From: Candidatus Poribacteria bacterium
GTDB lineage: Bacteria > Poribacteria > WGA-4E > WGA-3G
Assembly: GCA_965214095.1 (NCBI GenBank)
Contig: OZ243938.1
Span: 4,832,001-4,896,000, forward strand
Reading direction: 5' to 3'
Length of the DNA: 64,000 nt
A program made the translations under genes and the position numbers. The notes under the pieces were generated by a model, which saw only the letters and a list, made by a program, of their open reading frames with translations, was not told where the DNA came from and did no database searches. Shown here one piece after another: positions 20,614 through 31,700 of this stretch (positions within the stretch are counted from its first letter, which is position 1; each line of letters opens with the position of its first letter).

Positions 20614-20640
20614 GTCCTTGTCCTCCTAAAAATATATATC

Positions 20641-22248
20641 TTAATACGGTTTACCCAATAATTCAAATGTAACGCTTTGTGCTGCACCACCTTGCATCTT
20701 CGTAGAAGATCGAGTGCTTGCAATAGCACGAATTCTGTGGTTTTTGATACCGGCATCCTTTAGTGCCTTAGCTGCTGCTTCTGCACGTTGTGTTGCAAGA
20801 AGTTTATTTGCAGTGGGGTCACCCTCTTTACGCGTGTGTCCAACAACTCTAAGATAATACTGTGGAAACGACTTCAGTTTTGATGCAATGTCAGTCAATG
20901 CTCTTTTACTACCGGGTAGAATACGCGCATTGCCGCGACCGAATTGTATCGGTTCTATCTTCATTGCAGCGACAGGTGCAAGTGTGGTCCAATTGTCATC
21001 AGAAAGTGGATTCAATGCAACTTCTTCACGCACTTCCTCTTCTGCAACATTTGATGTGTCAACAAGAATACCCTCTAAGCCACCTGCACCATTAGGGTTC
21101 AGTACACCCGGATGAAAATCATCGGTGCGGAGTGAACGTAATATGCCTTCAAAGAAAAGATTACCATAATTCCCTGAGAATGGGTCCGACGCAATGGATT
21201 TAGTCTTGACCAGAACTTGCATTATCTTGCCAATCATAATCTCAAGTTTCTCAGAATCTTTCGCTGCATTCCCAGAGATAATGCCAAAATGTGCGTAATT
21301 CTCAACAGTGTTTCGCCATTCTATTCCTTTTACTAACTGACTCGCTTCATTGCTGTTGAGTTTATCACCATATAGTTTTGCATCAGATTCAATCAAGGAT
21401 AATAAGCCTTCTGATTGATTTGAATAGTCGTAGTTTGCGCGAAGATACGCCTGTACTATATGTGTGACAAGTTCGCGTTGTGAGTCTAAAAACTCACGTT
21501 GAACGACTAATACATCAACGATATACCCTTTCAGTTTTGAACTATCTAAGAGCAGGTGCACGCCATCAATTGCAAGTGCTTTGGTAACATAAGGCTCCCA
21601 TAAAACATAGGCAGCAGGCTGACCTGGATCAGCAGACTTAAGTTTTTTATACACATCTTCTGCACCATTTGCATCGGATGCCCAAGATGCAGGTAGACTT
21701 GGAAGACTCATCGTATTAATCATAATCCGAGCGAGAGTTTCACTCGGAGAATCTGGTGTCAACACGATACGCGCCTTCGGATTGCTCAAATTCGGGATGC
21801 TGGGTACGCCCCGTTTGTGTGCAACGATTGCATCAGCCCCTTTTGATTCATCTATGACGAGTACGATTGAACCGGGAAAGTCACCGATAACACTACCCGC
21901 TTTAAGATATGCATCAATGGTAAAGACCGCCATCTGAACTTTACCACTTTTCAGGTCGCGTGCTCTACGGACATAATCGGCTTTATCGTCTACAAAGGTG
22001 AGTTTAATCGCCTGACGACCAAGCAGATTCTTCACAGCATCAGACCGAAGTATAGCATAACCGGGAAAGGAGTCGTGTGCAACTCTAATCTCATGATCAT
22101 ATTTCTGTGTGCCGGTGTCCTGAACAAGTTTATCTCGTCTACCACCAAGACGGGGTTCAACAACAAACTTGTAGACAAGTCCTAAAATACCAATGATAAT
22201 CAGCCAACTTGCCACCATGACCATTCTGCTTTTTGTTTTCGCTTCCAT
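20641..22248 (-). CDS. Membrane-anchored type-II periplasmic-binding-protein domain fused to a C-terminal OmpA-like domain
   Basis: N-terminal TM; DSFPGY, IDESKGADAIV, VLWEPYVT and IVDVLVV (NMT1/SsuA-like); C-terminal IQFGRG...VVGHT...NKLLATQRAEA (OmpA_C). Confidence 0.8.
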   Translation of the reverse strand: MEAKTKSRMVMVASWLIIIGILGLVYKFVVEPRLGGRRDKLVQDTGTQKYDHEIRVAHDSFPGYAILRSDAVKNLLGRQAIKLTFVDDKADYVRRARDLKSGKVQMAVFTIDAYLKAGSVIGDFPGSIVLVIDESKGADAIVAHKRGVPSIPNLSNPKARIVLTPDSPSETLARIMINTMSLPSLPASWASDANGAEDVYKKLKSADPGQPAAYVLWEPYVTKALAIDGVHLLLDSSKLKGYIVDVLVVQREFLDSQRELVTHIVQAYLRANYDYSNQSEGLLSLIESDAKLYGDKLNSNEASQLVKGIEWRNTVENYAHFGIISGNAAKDSEKLEIMIGKIMQVLVKTKSIASDPFSGNYGNLFFEGILRSLRTDDFHPGVLNPNGAGGLEGILVDTSNVAEEEVREEVALNPLSDDNWTTLAPVAAMKIEPIQFGRGNARILPGSKRALTDIASKLKSFPQYYLRVVGHTRKEGDPTANKLLATQRAEAAAKALKDAGIKNHRIRAIASTRSSTKMQGGAAQSVTFELLGKPY

Positions 22249-22287
22249 CTCTATATTCCTTATCGCATTCTAAGTTGTAATGATCGA

Positions 22288-23217
22288 CTACAATTTTCCC
22301 ATACGCTTAAAAATCAAAAACCCACCAATAACGACTATGAGACCTATTAGAATCCAGATATTGTTATTACCACTGCTTTGTTGGTCAGGTTGCTGTATCG
22401 GTTGTTGAGGTGTTTGTGTTGATGGCTTTTGCGGTTGCGAGGGTGTTTTTCTTATATTAGTCGTAGTGATTGCAGTATTACTGGGTGCCATCGTAATCCG
22501 TTGAATAAGGTCCATAGCAATTTCTTCTGAGAGAGGTGCAATGTCTTCATAAGCATCTTCTCCATCAAGGTCTGTTCCAGTTCCCCCCGTTTCGGCAAGG
22601 ATCTCTGTTACTGCTGCAACGAGTTCACCCGGGTTGTCTGCTCTACGATAACTATCAGCATCTTTTGCCAACAGATGATCGGTCTGCATATCAACACCTA
22701 TCACATCAACACGAATCTGTCTGTCCAGAATTTCCGGTGTATATTGGGCAACTTTTTCCTCGTCTTGTGCCCTACCGTCTGTAACAATCAACAACCGATA
22801 ATTTCCATAGTTATACTGTTTTTCTCTCTGTTCAAGCAGTCTATTCGTCCCGATACGCATATATTGTCCCAGTGGAGTACCGCCACCTGGTTGTGGTAAT
22901 TCAATCGCCGCTAACAGTTGCTCTGTATTCTTCGGTCCAAGTGGATATACCCAATCATTCTGGACGTTACTTCCGCTGAAAACAAGTAAACCGATATGGG
23001 TATTTTCTGGAACTTTAGATAGGACTTCCTTAAGTGCTTCTTTAGCAGCGTCCATCTTTGACTTTGATTGATCTGCACGAAACTTCTCATTCATTGAACC
23101 GGATGCATCAAGAATAATGATAATATTGTCGGTATGAAGGTCAGATTCCCCATTACCAATCTGAATAATTGTGAATACCGAGAGAACAATAAGACACGAT
23201 ACGATGAAATGTTTCAC
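22288..23217 (-). CDS. Secreted von Willebrand factor A (vWA) protein with C-terminal membrane anchor
   Basis: Signal peptide; MIDAS DASGSM, GGTPLG and IVTDG; a Pro/Gln-rich linker, then TM IWILIGLIVVIGGFLIF-KR. GTG start. Confidence 0.88.
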   Translation of the reverse strand: MKHFIVSCLIVLSVFTIIQIGNGESDLHTDNIIIILDASGSMNEKFRADQSKSKMDAAKEALKEVLSKVPENTHIGLLVFSGSNVQNDWVYPLGPKNTEQLLAAIELPQPGGGTPLGQYMRIGTNRLLEQREKQYNYGNYRLLIVTDGRAQDEEKVAQYTPEILDRQIRVDVIGVDMQTDHLLAKDADSYRRADNPGELVAAVTEILAETGGTGTDLDGEDAYEDIAPLSEEIAMDLIQRITMAPSNTAITTTNIRKTPSQPQKPSTQTPQQPIQQPDQQSSGNNNIWILIGLIVVIGGFLIFKRMGKL

Positions 23218-23239
23218 AATCGGCTCCTATATAAAAGGA

Positions 23240-25129
23240 CTAAAAGTCGAAATCGGATGCGGCGACAGCTTCTGCTGATACTTTGATAAGTGCAAATTCA
23301 ACGCGTCTATTTTCTGCAGCCTCTGCTGGACTTGTCGGTTTCGCAATAACTGGTTCTTTAATTCCTACACCAACAGGAACAATTTGATCTGTATCAATGC
23401 GTGCATTTTTACTACGGGCATAATCAATAATAGACTGTTTCACCGCTTCTCCACGTTGTTCGGAAAGCTTCAGAGCAGCACGCATGACTTGGTAAGGATT
23501 TTCAACATCACTGCTATCGTCAAATTTTCGTTGATCGATGAGACGAATCAATTCAGCAGTATTCTCAAGACTAAAGGGTTTACCGTTCAAGAAATATTTA
23601 TAACTGCCACGCGTTCCTGTCCGTTTCAGAAATCCTTTGGACAAACCGGTTCTTACCAGAATGCTCAAAGTTCTTGATGGGTCACTGTGTCCTTTGATAG
23701 CAATCGCAGCATTGCCATATTTTGAAGCAAGTTCTACTACTCTGTCAAATTCTGAACTATACCGAGACGCACTAAAGGTGTCCTGATTCGCATCAAATTG
23801 GATTGTAAATGAAATTAGTGTCTTTTCATCTAGAACAGCATCCTCATTGAATGATTCAATTTCTGCCCGGACAGTTTCTTTCTTAAAGCGAGTCTTCTTT
23901 AGTTGTGTCGGAGCATCAACAGTTGTCGCAAGCAGACTCTTGAATGCATTGGAATTGAAATTTAGGTCTGATGGGAGTAATGCATGTTTCTGACTTGCAA
24001 AACCCCAGTTAACTGCCATATCCAATCCAGCTTTATTAAATCCTTCAAATCCTGAGATAGTATTGCTTGGATCGTTGAAAAATGCAACATTACCGGGTTG
24101 TCCGACGAAAGTGCAATCAGCGATTAATCCGTGTGCATCCTCTTCAAGTGTTGGCAACACATCTTTTCCATAGACATTCTGCATCATTGTCAGTAGTTTG
24201 TTGTATTGTGCAGAACCACTTCTCTCATAAGCTTTCTTAAGTGAAACGACCTCTTCTGCACCTTTAAGATAACCTGCAAAGAATCGTTCAATAAAAGGTT
24301 TATATTTGTCATAGAAATCTTTACGACATGCATATACATCAGCGATTGAACGCGATAGAGTTGCTGTGCTAACAACAACGCGTGCCCCCTTTACAGTGCC
24401 TTCTGCACCTGTGCCGGTATTCTCTGGACCGCCTGTTAATCCAATCATGTCTGGTGTAATAACGAAACATCCTGCGATAGAAGAGTCATTTCTGAATCGT
24501 TCTGCCGGACCTTTTGCTCCAGTTAATTCTTCTACCCAAACTAACTGAACATTGGATTTAGAGAGACGGGCAGTTTTCAACATATCATAAAGCATCCCAA
24601 CATGAGGTCCACCCTTCTGAATAGCAATCTTTTTACCGTTAAGATCCGATATTTTGCGGATATTTGATCGTCCGACAAAATGGTCTCCTGCCGACCATGT
24701 TAGTTGTCCAAACACGACAGGTTTTGTGTTGGGATCGCGTCCAATTACTTCGCTTGCTTGTGCGATCATTCTAAACGTGCCCCGTAGTATCGGTGTCTTC
24801 CCAGAGAGATAGTCACGGACTTGTTGCTGGAAATTATCGCCAGGTACCAGTTTTAAATTGAGTCCTTGTTTTTCCATGATTGTGCCGGGTTGCGTTGTCA
24901 GACCTCCGTTTGCATGGAATAGCGCAGCTTCACCACCCCACGTAATATAAGGCACGACTAAGGGAGAAATTGAAGTGACTTCACCTACGGTAACTGGTCC
25001 AACTGCATCAGCAAAACGTTCCTGTGCATTTGCTGAAAACATAAAGCATAGAAGCATCAGACAGACTAAATTATATTTCAAGAATTGGTGTAATACTTTG
25101 CTGCTACAGAATATTGGATGCTTTTTCAT
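23240..25129 (-). CDS. Secreted type-II periplasmic-binding-protein domain fused to a C-terminal OmpA-like domain
   Basis: Signal ending ANA-QE; QLTWSAGDHFV, DLNGKKIAIQKGGPH and IADVYACRKDF; C-terminal IQFDANQ...IKGHSD...LSEQRGEAVK...ENRRVEF with an insertion inside the OmpA domain. Confidence 0.8.
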   Translation of the reverse strand: MKKHPIFCSSKVLHQFLKYNLVCLMLLCFMFSANAQERFADAVGPVTVGEVTSISPLVVPYITWGGEAALFHANGGLTTQPGTIMEKQGLNLKLVPGDNFQQQVRDYLSGKTPILRGTFRMIAQASEVIGRDPNTKPVVFGQLTWSAGDHFVGRSNIRKISDLNGKKIAIQKGGPHVGMLYDMLKTARLSKSNVQLVWVEELTGAKGPAERFRNDSSIAGCFVITPDMIGLTGGPENTGTGAEGTVKGARVVVSTATLSRSIADVYACRKDFYDKYKPFIERFFAGYLKGAEEVVSLKKAYERSGSAQYNKLLTMMQNVYGKDVLPTLEEDAHGLIADCTFVGQPGNVAFFNDPSNTISGFEGFNKAGLDMAVNWGFASQKHALLPSDLNFNSNAFKSLLATTVDAPTQLKKTRFKKETVRAEIESFNEDAVLDEKTLISFTIQFDANQDTFSASRYSSEFDRVVELASKYGNAAIAIKGHSDPSRTLSILVRTGLSKGFLKRTGTRGSYKYFLNGKPFSLENTAELIRLIDQRKFDDSSDVENPYQVMRAALKLSEQRGEAVKQSIIDYARSKNARIDTDQIVPVGVGIKEPVIAKPTSPAEAAENRRVEFALIKVSAEAVAASDFDF

Positions 25130-25247
25130 GTCTCTTTCCTCTTTTTGAGTTACACATTTTTATATTTGTTCACGTCAATGGTATTCTAACATATAAATTA
25201 GATTATTACCACAAAATTAAGATAGAATTAAATGGTTGGAAAATCAC

Positions 25248-26738
25248 CTAACGTGAATGTTTAGGTTTACGTGGGAATATTAAGATGGCATCTGATACAG
25301 GACGACCCTGAAACCTTGGCAGAGGACGAATACGACGGTTACCACGAGCAGACATCGTTCTCCTATCCATTGCCGTCTTTTCTTCAACAGGTTTGTTTTG
25401 AGTATCAGGTTCTTTACTTGCGTCTGTCTTTTTCACATCCGTTGTTTCTTTGGCTATGACATCTGCTTGTTTGTCTGGTTTCTTTACTATTTCTTTTTTG
25501 TCTGTTTGTTTTTTTGTATTATCAGGTTTCTGCTTTTCCTCTGAGTCTGGACGGGGAGGAGGTTTACGTTTTACACTTACAACTTTATCTCTTATAATCA
25601 TCATGGATGAAGAACCACCATCGAAGTTCACAGCATCGGTTGCACCCCATTTCTGAAATAGGCTTGCCAGTTTATGTAACATGACACCACGTCGCACTTT
25701 CGGATCTGCACCTGTAATTGTAACAAAGAGTAATGTACCATCAGCCTTTTTACCAACTGCAGTGCGGGGATGCCAGAAACTGTGAAATGCTGGACCAAAA
25801 CCTTCTTGTTGATAGATTTCAGATGTAGATTTGCTTCCATTCTTCAGTAACAGAGGTCCTCCACCGATAATATGTGACATACTTTCCCACAGATGACTAT
25901 CTCCCACACTCTCAGGTATTACTTTTTCTTGGATTTCAACCTTTGTATCAATAGCAATATGCTCAAGTAACAATTTACGTTTCCTGCCATTTGAAGATAG
26001 GACATATCCATCACTTGGAATTCGAGAGCTTCCTTGTCCATCATATATATCAACTATTCTGTCATTTCTTACAACCACTTCAAGACCATCATGATTCGTC
26101 AACGTGTTGGCGTGAAAGCCAGGACGATACAGTATCAATTCGTCCTTTATCCGCACACGATTGATTCCGTCAATTTCCAACCTTGCACCATTTGAGAAGA
26201 CAATCTCATGTTGAAGTAGAATACGGTCAAAATAAGTCTCAATCTTCCCATTGACAGTTCTGAAACCAACAACCCCACGCCCTTGCTCTGGCTCACTTAC
26301 CCATTCACCATCAATCTTTAATGCACCGACAGATTCACCTTGATAAGTTCCTGCCATCTCATAAAATCCACCATTAATAGCAATCGGTGCTTTCTTACGA
26401 TGTGCAATTGACTGCAAATGTTCTGAACCAATACCTGCGCCGAGTGCACGATATGGACGGATGTCTACGGCATCAGGTTTCACTGAAAGAATGTTTGTCA
26501 GAACACCATCATCCAATATCTGACGATGAACAATCCCAGGAAACACTTGCTCTGTTTTATCACTAGAGACAGGATCGGTATAAGATTTTACATAGGCGGG
26601 AACTTTTTTCAGTGGTACAACTTTGCCTACCCAAACACCTAATCCGAAAAAAATCAGAAAACCGATTATCATCCATGTGCGTGGATAGCGTTTGATGAAA
26701 CGGACAAATCTACGTCCTAAATAGATAATATCAAACAT
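25248..26738 (-). CDS. Phosphodiester glycosidase (NAGPA/DUF2233) family protein
   Basis: AINGGFY, IIGGGPLLL, HPRTAVG, AVNFDGGSSS and a final RPVSDAILI, with a Lys-rich low-complexity insert before the last motif. Confidence 0.88.
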   Translation of the reverse strand: MFDIIYLGRRFVRFIKRYPRTWMIIGFLIFFGLGVWVGKVVPLKKVPAYVKSYTDPVSSDKTEQVFPGIVHRQILDDGVLTNILSVKPDAVDIRPYRALGAGIGSEHLQSIAHRKKAPIAINGGFYEMAGTYQGESVGALKIDGEWVSEPEQGRGVVGFRTVNGKIETYFDRILLQHEIVFSNGARLEIDGINRVRIKDELILYRPGFHANTLTNHDGLEVVVRNDRIVDIYDGQGSSRIPSDGYVLSSNGRKRKLLLEHIAIDTKVEIQEKVIPESVGDSHLWESMSHIIGGGPLLLKNGSKSTSEIYQQEGFGPAFHSFWHPRTAVGKKADGTLLFVTITGADPKVRRGVMLHKLASLFQKWGATDAVNFDGGSSSMMIIRDKVVSVKRKPPPRPDSEEKQKPDNTKKQTDKKEIVKKPDKQADVIAKETTDVKKTDASKEPDTQNKPVEEKTAMDRRTMSARGNRRIRPLPRFQGRPVSDAILIFPRKPKHSR

Positions 26739-26829
26739 CTTTGGTAAACAAGAACTTTCGTTGTTCCCAGGGGCATTTAGTCTTAAGTATTTCCCAAAAT
26801 AGAGATTTACTGAAAGTTAATCCCAAGAC

Positions 26830-26854
26830 GGTAGGTGCGGTTTCCTAACCGCAC
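26830..26854 (+). repeat. Solitary GTAG-REP hairpin
   Basis: ggtaggtgcggtttcctaaccgcac, downstream of purB. Confidence 0.75.
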
Positions 26855-26872
26855 AGGGTTCTAAAATGATTC

Positions 26873-28279
26873 TTAGGATAGGTTCTCTATACGGTTCTCC
26901 CATTCATCACATGTAGCATGAGTTCGTCTCACTGCTGCACCGATATAGTTAGTTGGTGCACTGAGTGCTTCACTTTGCGGTTTTGTCAACTTGTCAAGGA
27001 ACGGTCGAAAGGTCTCATCCTCCCATAGTAGTGTGGTTAGACTTTTTCCTGTTTGATGTACTTGTGCTATCAGTTTACGTGTGTGGTCATAAGCATCTGG
27101 AAACCCGTAATATGCCATCAGCAAATAGATCGGTTCTGCGATTGTGTCCTCTGCACTCATATCAAGGTTGCGTTGCATATTTTCTGCCTTAACGTCCATT
27201 TCATCTAATGCACGCCGCAATCTGTAGATTGAATAGTCAAAAGCAGTGAGTAACTCTGTCAAAAATCGGCTTGAGGCGGAATTGGTCAAATCACGTTGGT
27301 GTTCCAAAATGCTGTCCATAAAAACGGTTTGCATGCGCGGAACAAACGCTTTCCACAGACTTTTAACATTTTCATAAGCCTCGGGATTGATTTTATGTGG
27401 CATTGTGGATGAGCCGACAAGTTGTGGATTATATTTTCTGCCTACTTCAGCAATCTCTGTCCGATAGAGGTGTCGCATATCATCTGCGAAATTTGCCAGC
27501 ACAGTGTATGCTGCTGTCACATGATACGCTACATCGGAGATGAACTCCGGTTCAACACACTGTGTTGATGTATGCGTATCCGACGGTTTTAAATCAAGCA
27601 AAGCGAGAAAATCTGCTTCTATCTGTTCAGGATTCTCATGAATTAATGACAATCCGTTGAATGCGCCTACCGCTCCAGAAAACTGCCCGCGTAGATTTTG
27701 ACCTGCTTCATGTATCTTTTCAATCCGTGTACCAAGACGACTGATGTAGAGTGCTAATGCATATCCGAAGGTGGTTGGTTCAGCATGCTGTCCGTGTGTC
27801 CTACCGATTTGCGGTGTTTCTGCATGTTCACGTGCTAAGGCTATTAACTGCTTTTCCAGTTCAATCATATCTGGAACAATGACATTCTCAATCAGTGCTT
27901 TAAATCGTAATGCGGTTGCTGTGTCCAAGATGTCCGCAGAAGTTGCGAATAGGTGTACATACGGACGCGCTTCAGGACTAATTTTACTCCGAATTACATT
28001 GACAAGTGAACGAATGTTATGTCGGATCCTCTTCTGTTCTTCGTAGACCGCTTCCGCTGTTACCTGTTCTACTGCTTGTTCGACTTCATCTGCTATTTTT
28101 GAAGAGCAGACCCCATAGTTTGCCAGTGTGCGAGTCAAGGCTGCTTCCACCTTTGCCTGATAGGTGACATATCCTGCCTCAGAGACATAAGGTAAGAGCC
28201 GTTGCATAAATTTATCATCGCCGCCATAGTATCTAAAATCTAATGGACTGACGGCTTCATATAGCTGCATAGTAGACAA
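26873..28279 (-). CDS. purB: Adenylosuccinate lyase
   Basis: AVSPLDFRY, IGRTHGQHAEPTTFG, SGAVG and the signature GSSTMPHKINP. The start may be the ATG at 28270. Confidence 0.93.
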   Translation of the reverse strand: MSTMQLYEAVSPLDFRYYGGDDKFMQRLLPYVSEAGYVTYQAKVEAALTRTLANYGVCSSKIADEVEQAVEQVTAEAVYEEQKRIRHNIRSLVNVIRSKISPEARPYVHLFATSADILDTATALRFKALIENVIVPDMIELEKQLIALAREHAETPQIGRTHGQHAEPTTFGYALALYISRLGTRIEKIHEAGQNLRGQFSGAVGAFNGLSLIHENPEQIEADFLALLDLKPSDTHTSTQCVEPEFISDVAYHVTAAYTVLANFADDMRHLYRTEIAEVGRKYNPQLVGSSTMPHKINPEAYENVKSLWKAFVPRMQTVFMDSILEHQRDLTNSASSRFLTELLTAFDYSIYRLRRALDEMDVKAENMQRNLDMSAEDTIAEPIYLLMAYYGFPDAYDHTRKLIAQVHQTGKSLTTLLWEDETFRPFLDKLTKPQSEALSAPTNYIGAAVRRTHATCDEWENRIENLS

Positions 28280-28440
28280 TTCTCCAATTTTTTGTCTTAT
28301 TGTATCCTATGCTAATATGAATGTAAAGTGTTTTTGTTTGATTGAGTGTGAAAAGTTTTTGGCAAAATATTATCAAAAAACCTGTAGGAACGATCTCCGA
28401 CTCGCGATAGGTCGGGAATTGGAGTTCCCTCCTACAATAC

Positions 28441-28610
28441 CATAAGCGTCAATTTAGCATCCTTCCAAGTACCGGTAGGTTCGGTTTCCTAACCGAACCG
28501 GCTTTGTGCCAAATACCTTTATAGAGGTTCTTGCACAGGTTCCGTGCGGTTAGGAAACCGAACCTACCGGCCTAGGGAAACGCCTAATTTACACTAAATT
28601 GACGCCTATG
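28441..28610. mobile_element. 170-bp MITE with 17-bp TIRs and 19-bp flanking direct repeats, carrying an inverted REP pair
   Basis: TIRs cataagcgtcaatttag / ctaaattgacgcctatg (1 mismatch); gagttccctcctacaatac lies at both 28422-28440 and 28611-28629. Confidence 0.8.
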
Positions 28611-28701
28611 GAGTTCCCTCCTACAATACCATCTTGTCCAATTAATTCAAAAATCTATCATATAGAATGGAAGAGTCTTTTGCTGAGATAATGCCGTGTG
28701 T

Positions 28702-31700
28702 TTATTCCTCTGGGGTGGAATATACTCCGCGTTGTACTCTGATAATTTCGCCTTTATCAACGAGTCGTTTGAGTTCATTTTTCACTGCTTCAGGATTACC
28801 TTCAATCGCACTGACAAAATCAGCAGTCTTATTCTTTCCATCCGCAAGAAGATTTAGAATTTGTATTCGGTAAGGGACACGGAGAGGGGCACCGCCCCTT
28901 AGTTTTTGTAAAATACGGTTTGCTTGTCTTGAGGAACATCCATAAACGTGTTCAACTTCTTCTCTACTGGATTTGGCTGTAAGACAGTCCCTCTCTTTTT
29001 CATAGTCTTTTCGTTTCGCAACTACTTCCGGTAATTTGTCAAGTCCACCAGCAATTACGAAATCTTCCCAATCAAAATGGACGGTTTCAGTTCTATCTGA
29101 TATTCCAGCAAGATTTATACCGGTAAGTAAAACAACTGTCTTACCTTTCAATCTGTTGCATGTATTGCAGTTAAGTATCGGTCTTAATAGAACATCTACA
29201 TTTCGTTCATATATATTTTGTAAACGCTCATCCGTATATAGACCGTAAACTTTGTCCCTTTCATAATTCAGCGGAGTATCATCGTTTCCATATAGTATCT
29301 GTCCCTGTCGCCATATAGTACCCTGTGGTGGTTCAGGAGCACCGACAATCCAAATCACTTGCACTTTTTCAAGAATAGAGTCCAAATTATCCATATTGTC
29401 AGAGAACTTTATTAAATGGACATTGTCTCTCTTAGTGATTTCAGATAACTGTTTGATCCCTGCGACATAGGTGATAACCGCATGAGCAACATTCACATCC
29501 TTCTCAATTTCATCGATTATACCCTTGTAAAAACTTATACCAATTTGACTTATTCCAATTACATCCCAGTTCCTATCATAATCCAAAATCATTTCTCGTG
29601 GATAGAGTCCTGTCTGAATTTGAAAGATTTTGGTTTCTTTGTTACACGAAGGTAGTTCTAAATGTGCTACTTTAAATTTTTCATCAGGAAAGGCTCGATT
29701 CAAATGTTGTTCGTAGAGTGTTGTGGATTTAATGAAAAGTTGTTTAATATCTGGATGTAAAATTGGAGGAATCCAGAACTCAAGCACTTTCTTATCCCAT
29801 CTCACGCGTGCATCCTCATCTCGTGTGTAATGCTCAAAGAAACTTTTGAGTTGATGCCAAACTGTCCAATTGGAATTTGGACATACAGACTGAATATTCT
29901 GAATGTCAGTCACAGTTTCAATTTTGAATATACCCAATTGGATAGCTTGGCTCAAAGTCATTGGTATGCTAATATCTTCGTCTACAACAATAGATTGTAA
30001 GTGTAAAAATGGAAGACTTTTGTCTTTAAGAATATCAGCTGCAAGATTGTCTAAAGGAATGTATACATCAATATCATTTTCAAATTTTATAGTATATTTT
30101 GCTAAGACCTTGTCAGTTTCTGGATCAACATAAGGTTGCTCAACGATCCTACATTTTATATGTGTCTCACACATCTGTTTGATAATGACATTTTCCTGTG
30201 TCTGGAAAGCTTGGATTGCTGAACGAATACGTCTGACAGAATCACCATAAAACTTTCCTCTCAGTTGTAATGTGTTAAGTAAGAAATTTGCGAGGTTACC
30301 TAACGGTTCTCCATGCCAGTTCTGTGCCCACTCAGACAACCTCTCTATTGATAATTCACACCTGAGAAACAGATCGTGCGATTTGGGTTCATCAATAATA
30401 CAAAATCGGTAATTGTTGTCAATTGGTTCAAGTAACTCTTCAGCGAGTTTAGAATATTTTGGGTTAATTAAAAGGTCTGGATTTGATAGAAACAAGTAAT
30501 TCACTTTCTCTAAGTTTTTAGATTGTGCCAAATATCCCTGTTCTTGGCACATTTCATTAACAGGACATTGCGGACATATACTCTCTGTGGGATTACCACC
30601 TTTTTCTTCCAGAGCATCACACCTTTCTGAATCAATACATACATTACCAAGTCTGAATGGATTTGCGATTAATTCATCCTGCGATAATTCTCTTACTTGT
30701 TTCCATAGATGAGATCGTGGTTTCCACCAACCAACAGATCTCTTGTCATCTTTATTGATATATCGTTCAACTTCTGCTGATTCTGGCACTTCTGTATTGA
30801 TACATAGTCGTCTGTTATTGGGAAAAGTAGAAATCACATCATCCCATTCTACCCAATCTGAGTAAGTTCTTATTGCATATACTCTTGTTCCATCGTCATA
30901 TAATGAAGGTAATTGAATGGACTGTTGATCTAATAATTGTTTGTTTTCGTCTATGTGCGTCTGGTTTGAACGGTTATAATGCTTACGTTTGATCGCCAAT
31001 GGACTCAGTTCATTGTTTCGTATGGCGAGGATTTCCTCAGAGATCTGTATCTGGTTTTGGTGAATTGATGGAATAATCCCTGTTTCTTCCCAGACTTCTG
31101 TAATTGGTGTAGCATCAATTGGCAATTCAAGATCAGGCGAATTTGCACGTACCCACACAGTTCTATCTTGTTCCCATAGAGCAACATGCTTGTTTGAATC
31201 TTCTGCATTGTGTCTTGTCCAATGATGAATACTGTTTTTCTCACCAACATAAGTATAACCTCGACGTAGGAATTCTTCTCTGGCGAGATCAAGTCTATGT
31301 GTTCCGAGTGTGAATGGAACCCTTGATACGGGTGTACTATTCTCATTAAGTTTTAGGGATGTATTCATATCTCCGTTTTCAGGTTGATGTAAGATCTCCC
31401 GCAAGATATCAATGGGTGTAAAAAGAATTTCTTTTGAAATAATAGGAGGATCAGTTAGGTTTCCCATGAGAATTTCATAACGGGAATCCCAACAACTCAA
31501 TCCGTGTTTACCTATAATATCAAGGTACTCAACTCTGTTACCAGATTTGTTTGAATAGATATAATGCCTATCTTCATTGTTATAAGGATGAAGGTAATCA
31601 AGGATTCTAAACGATAGTCGTATCCCTCCATTTTTTGTTAATGTCAATAGTGGATTCACAACTGCATCGATAAGTGCCTGAATACATGTCAGAATTGCAT

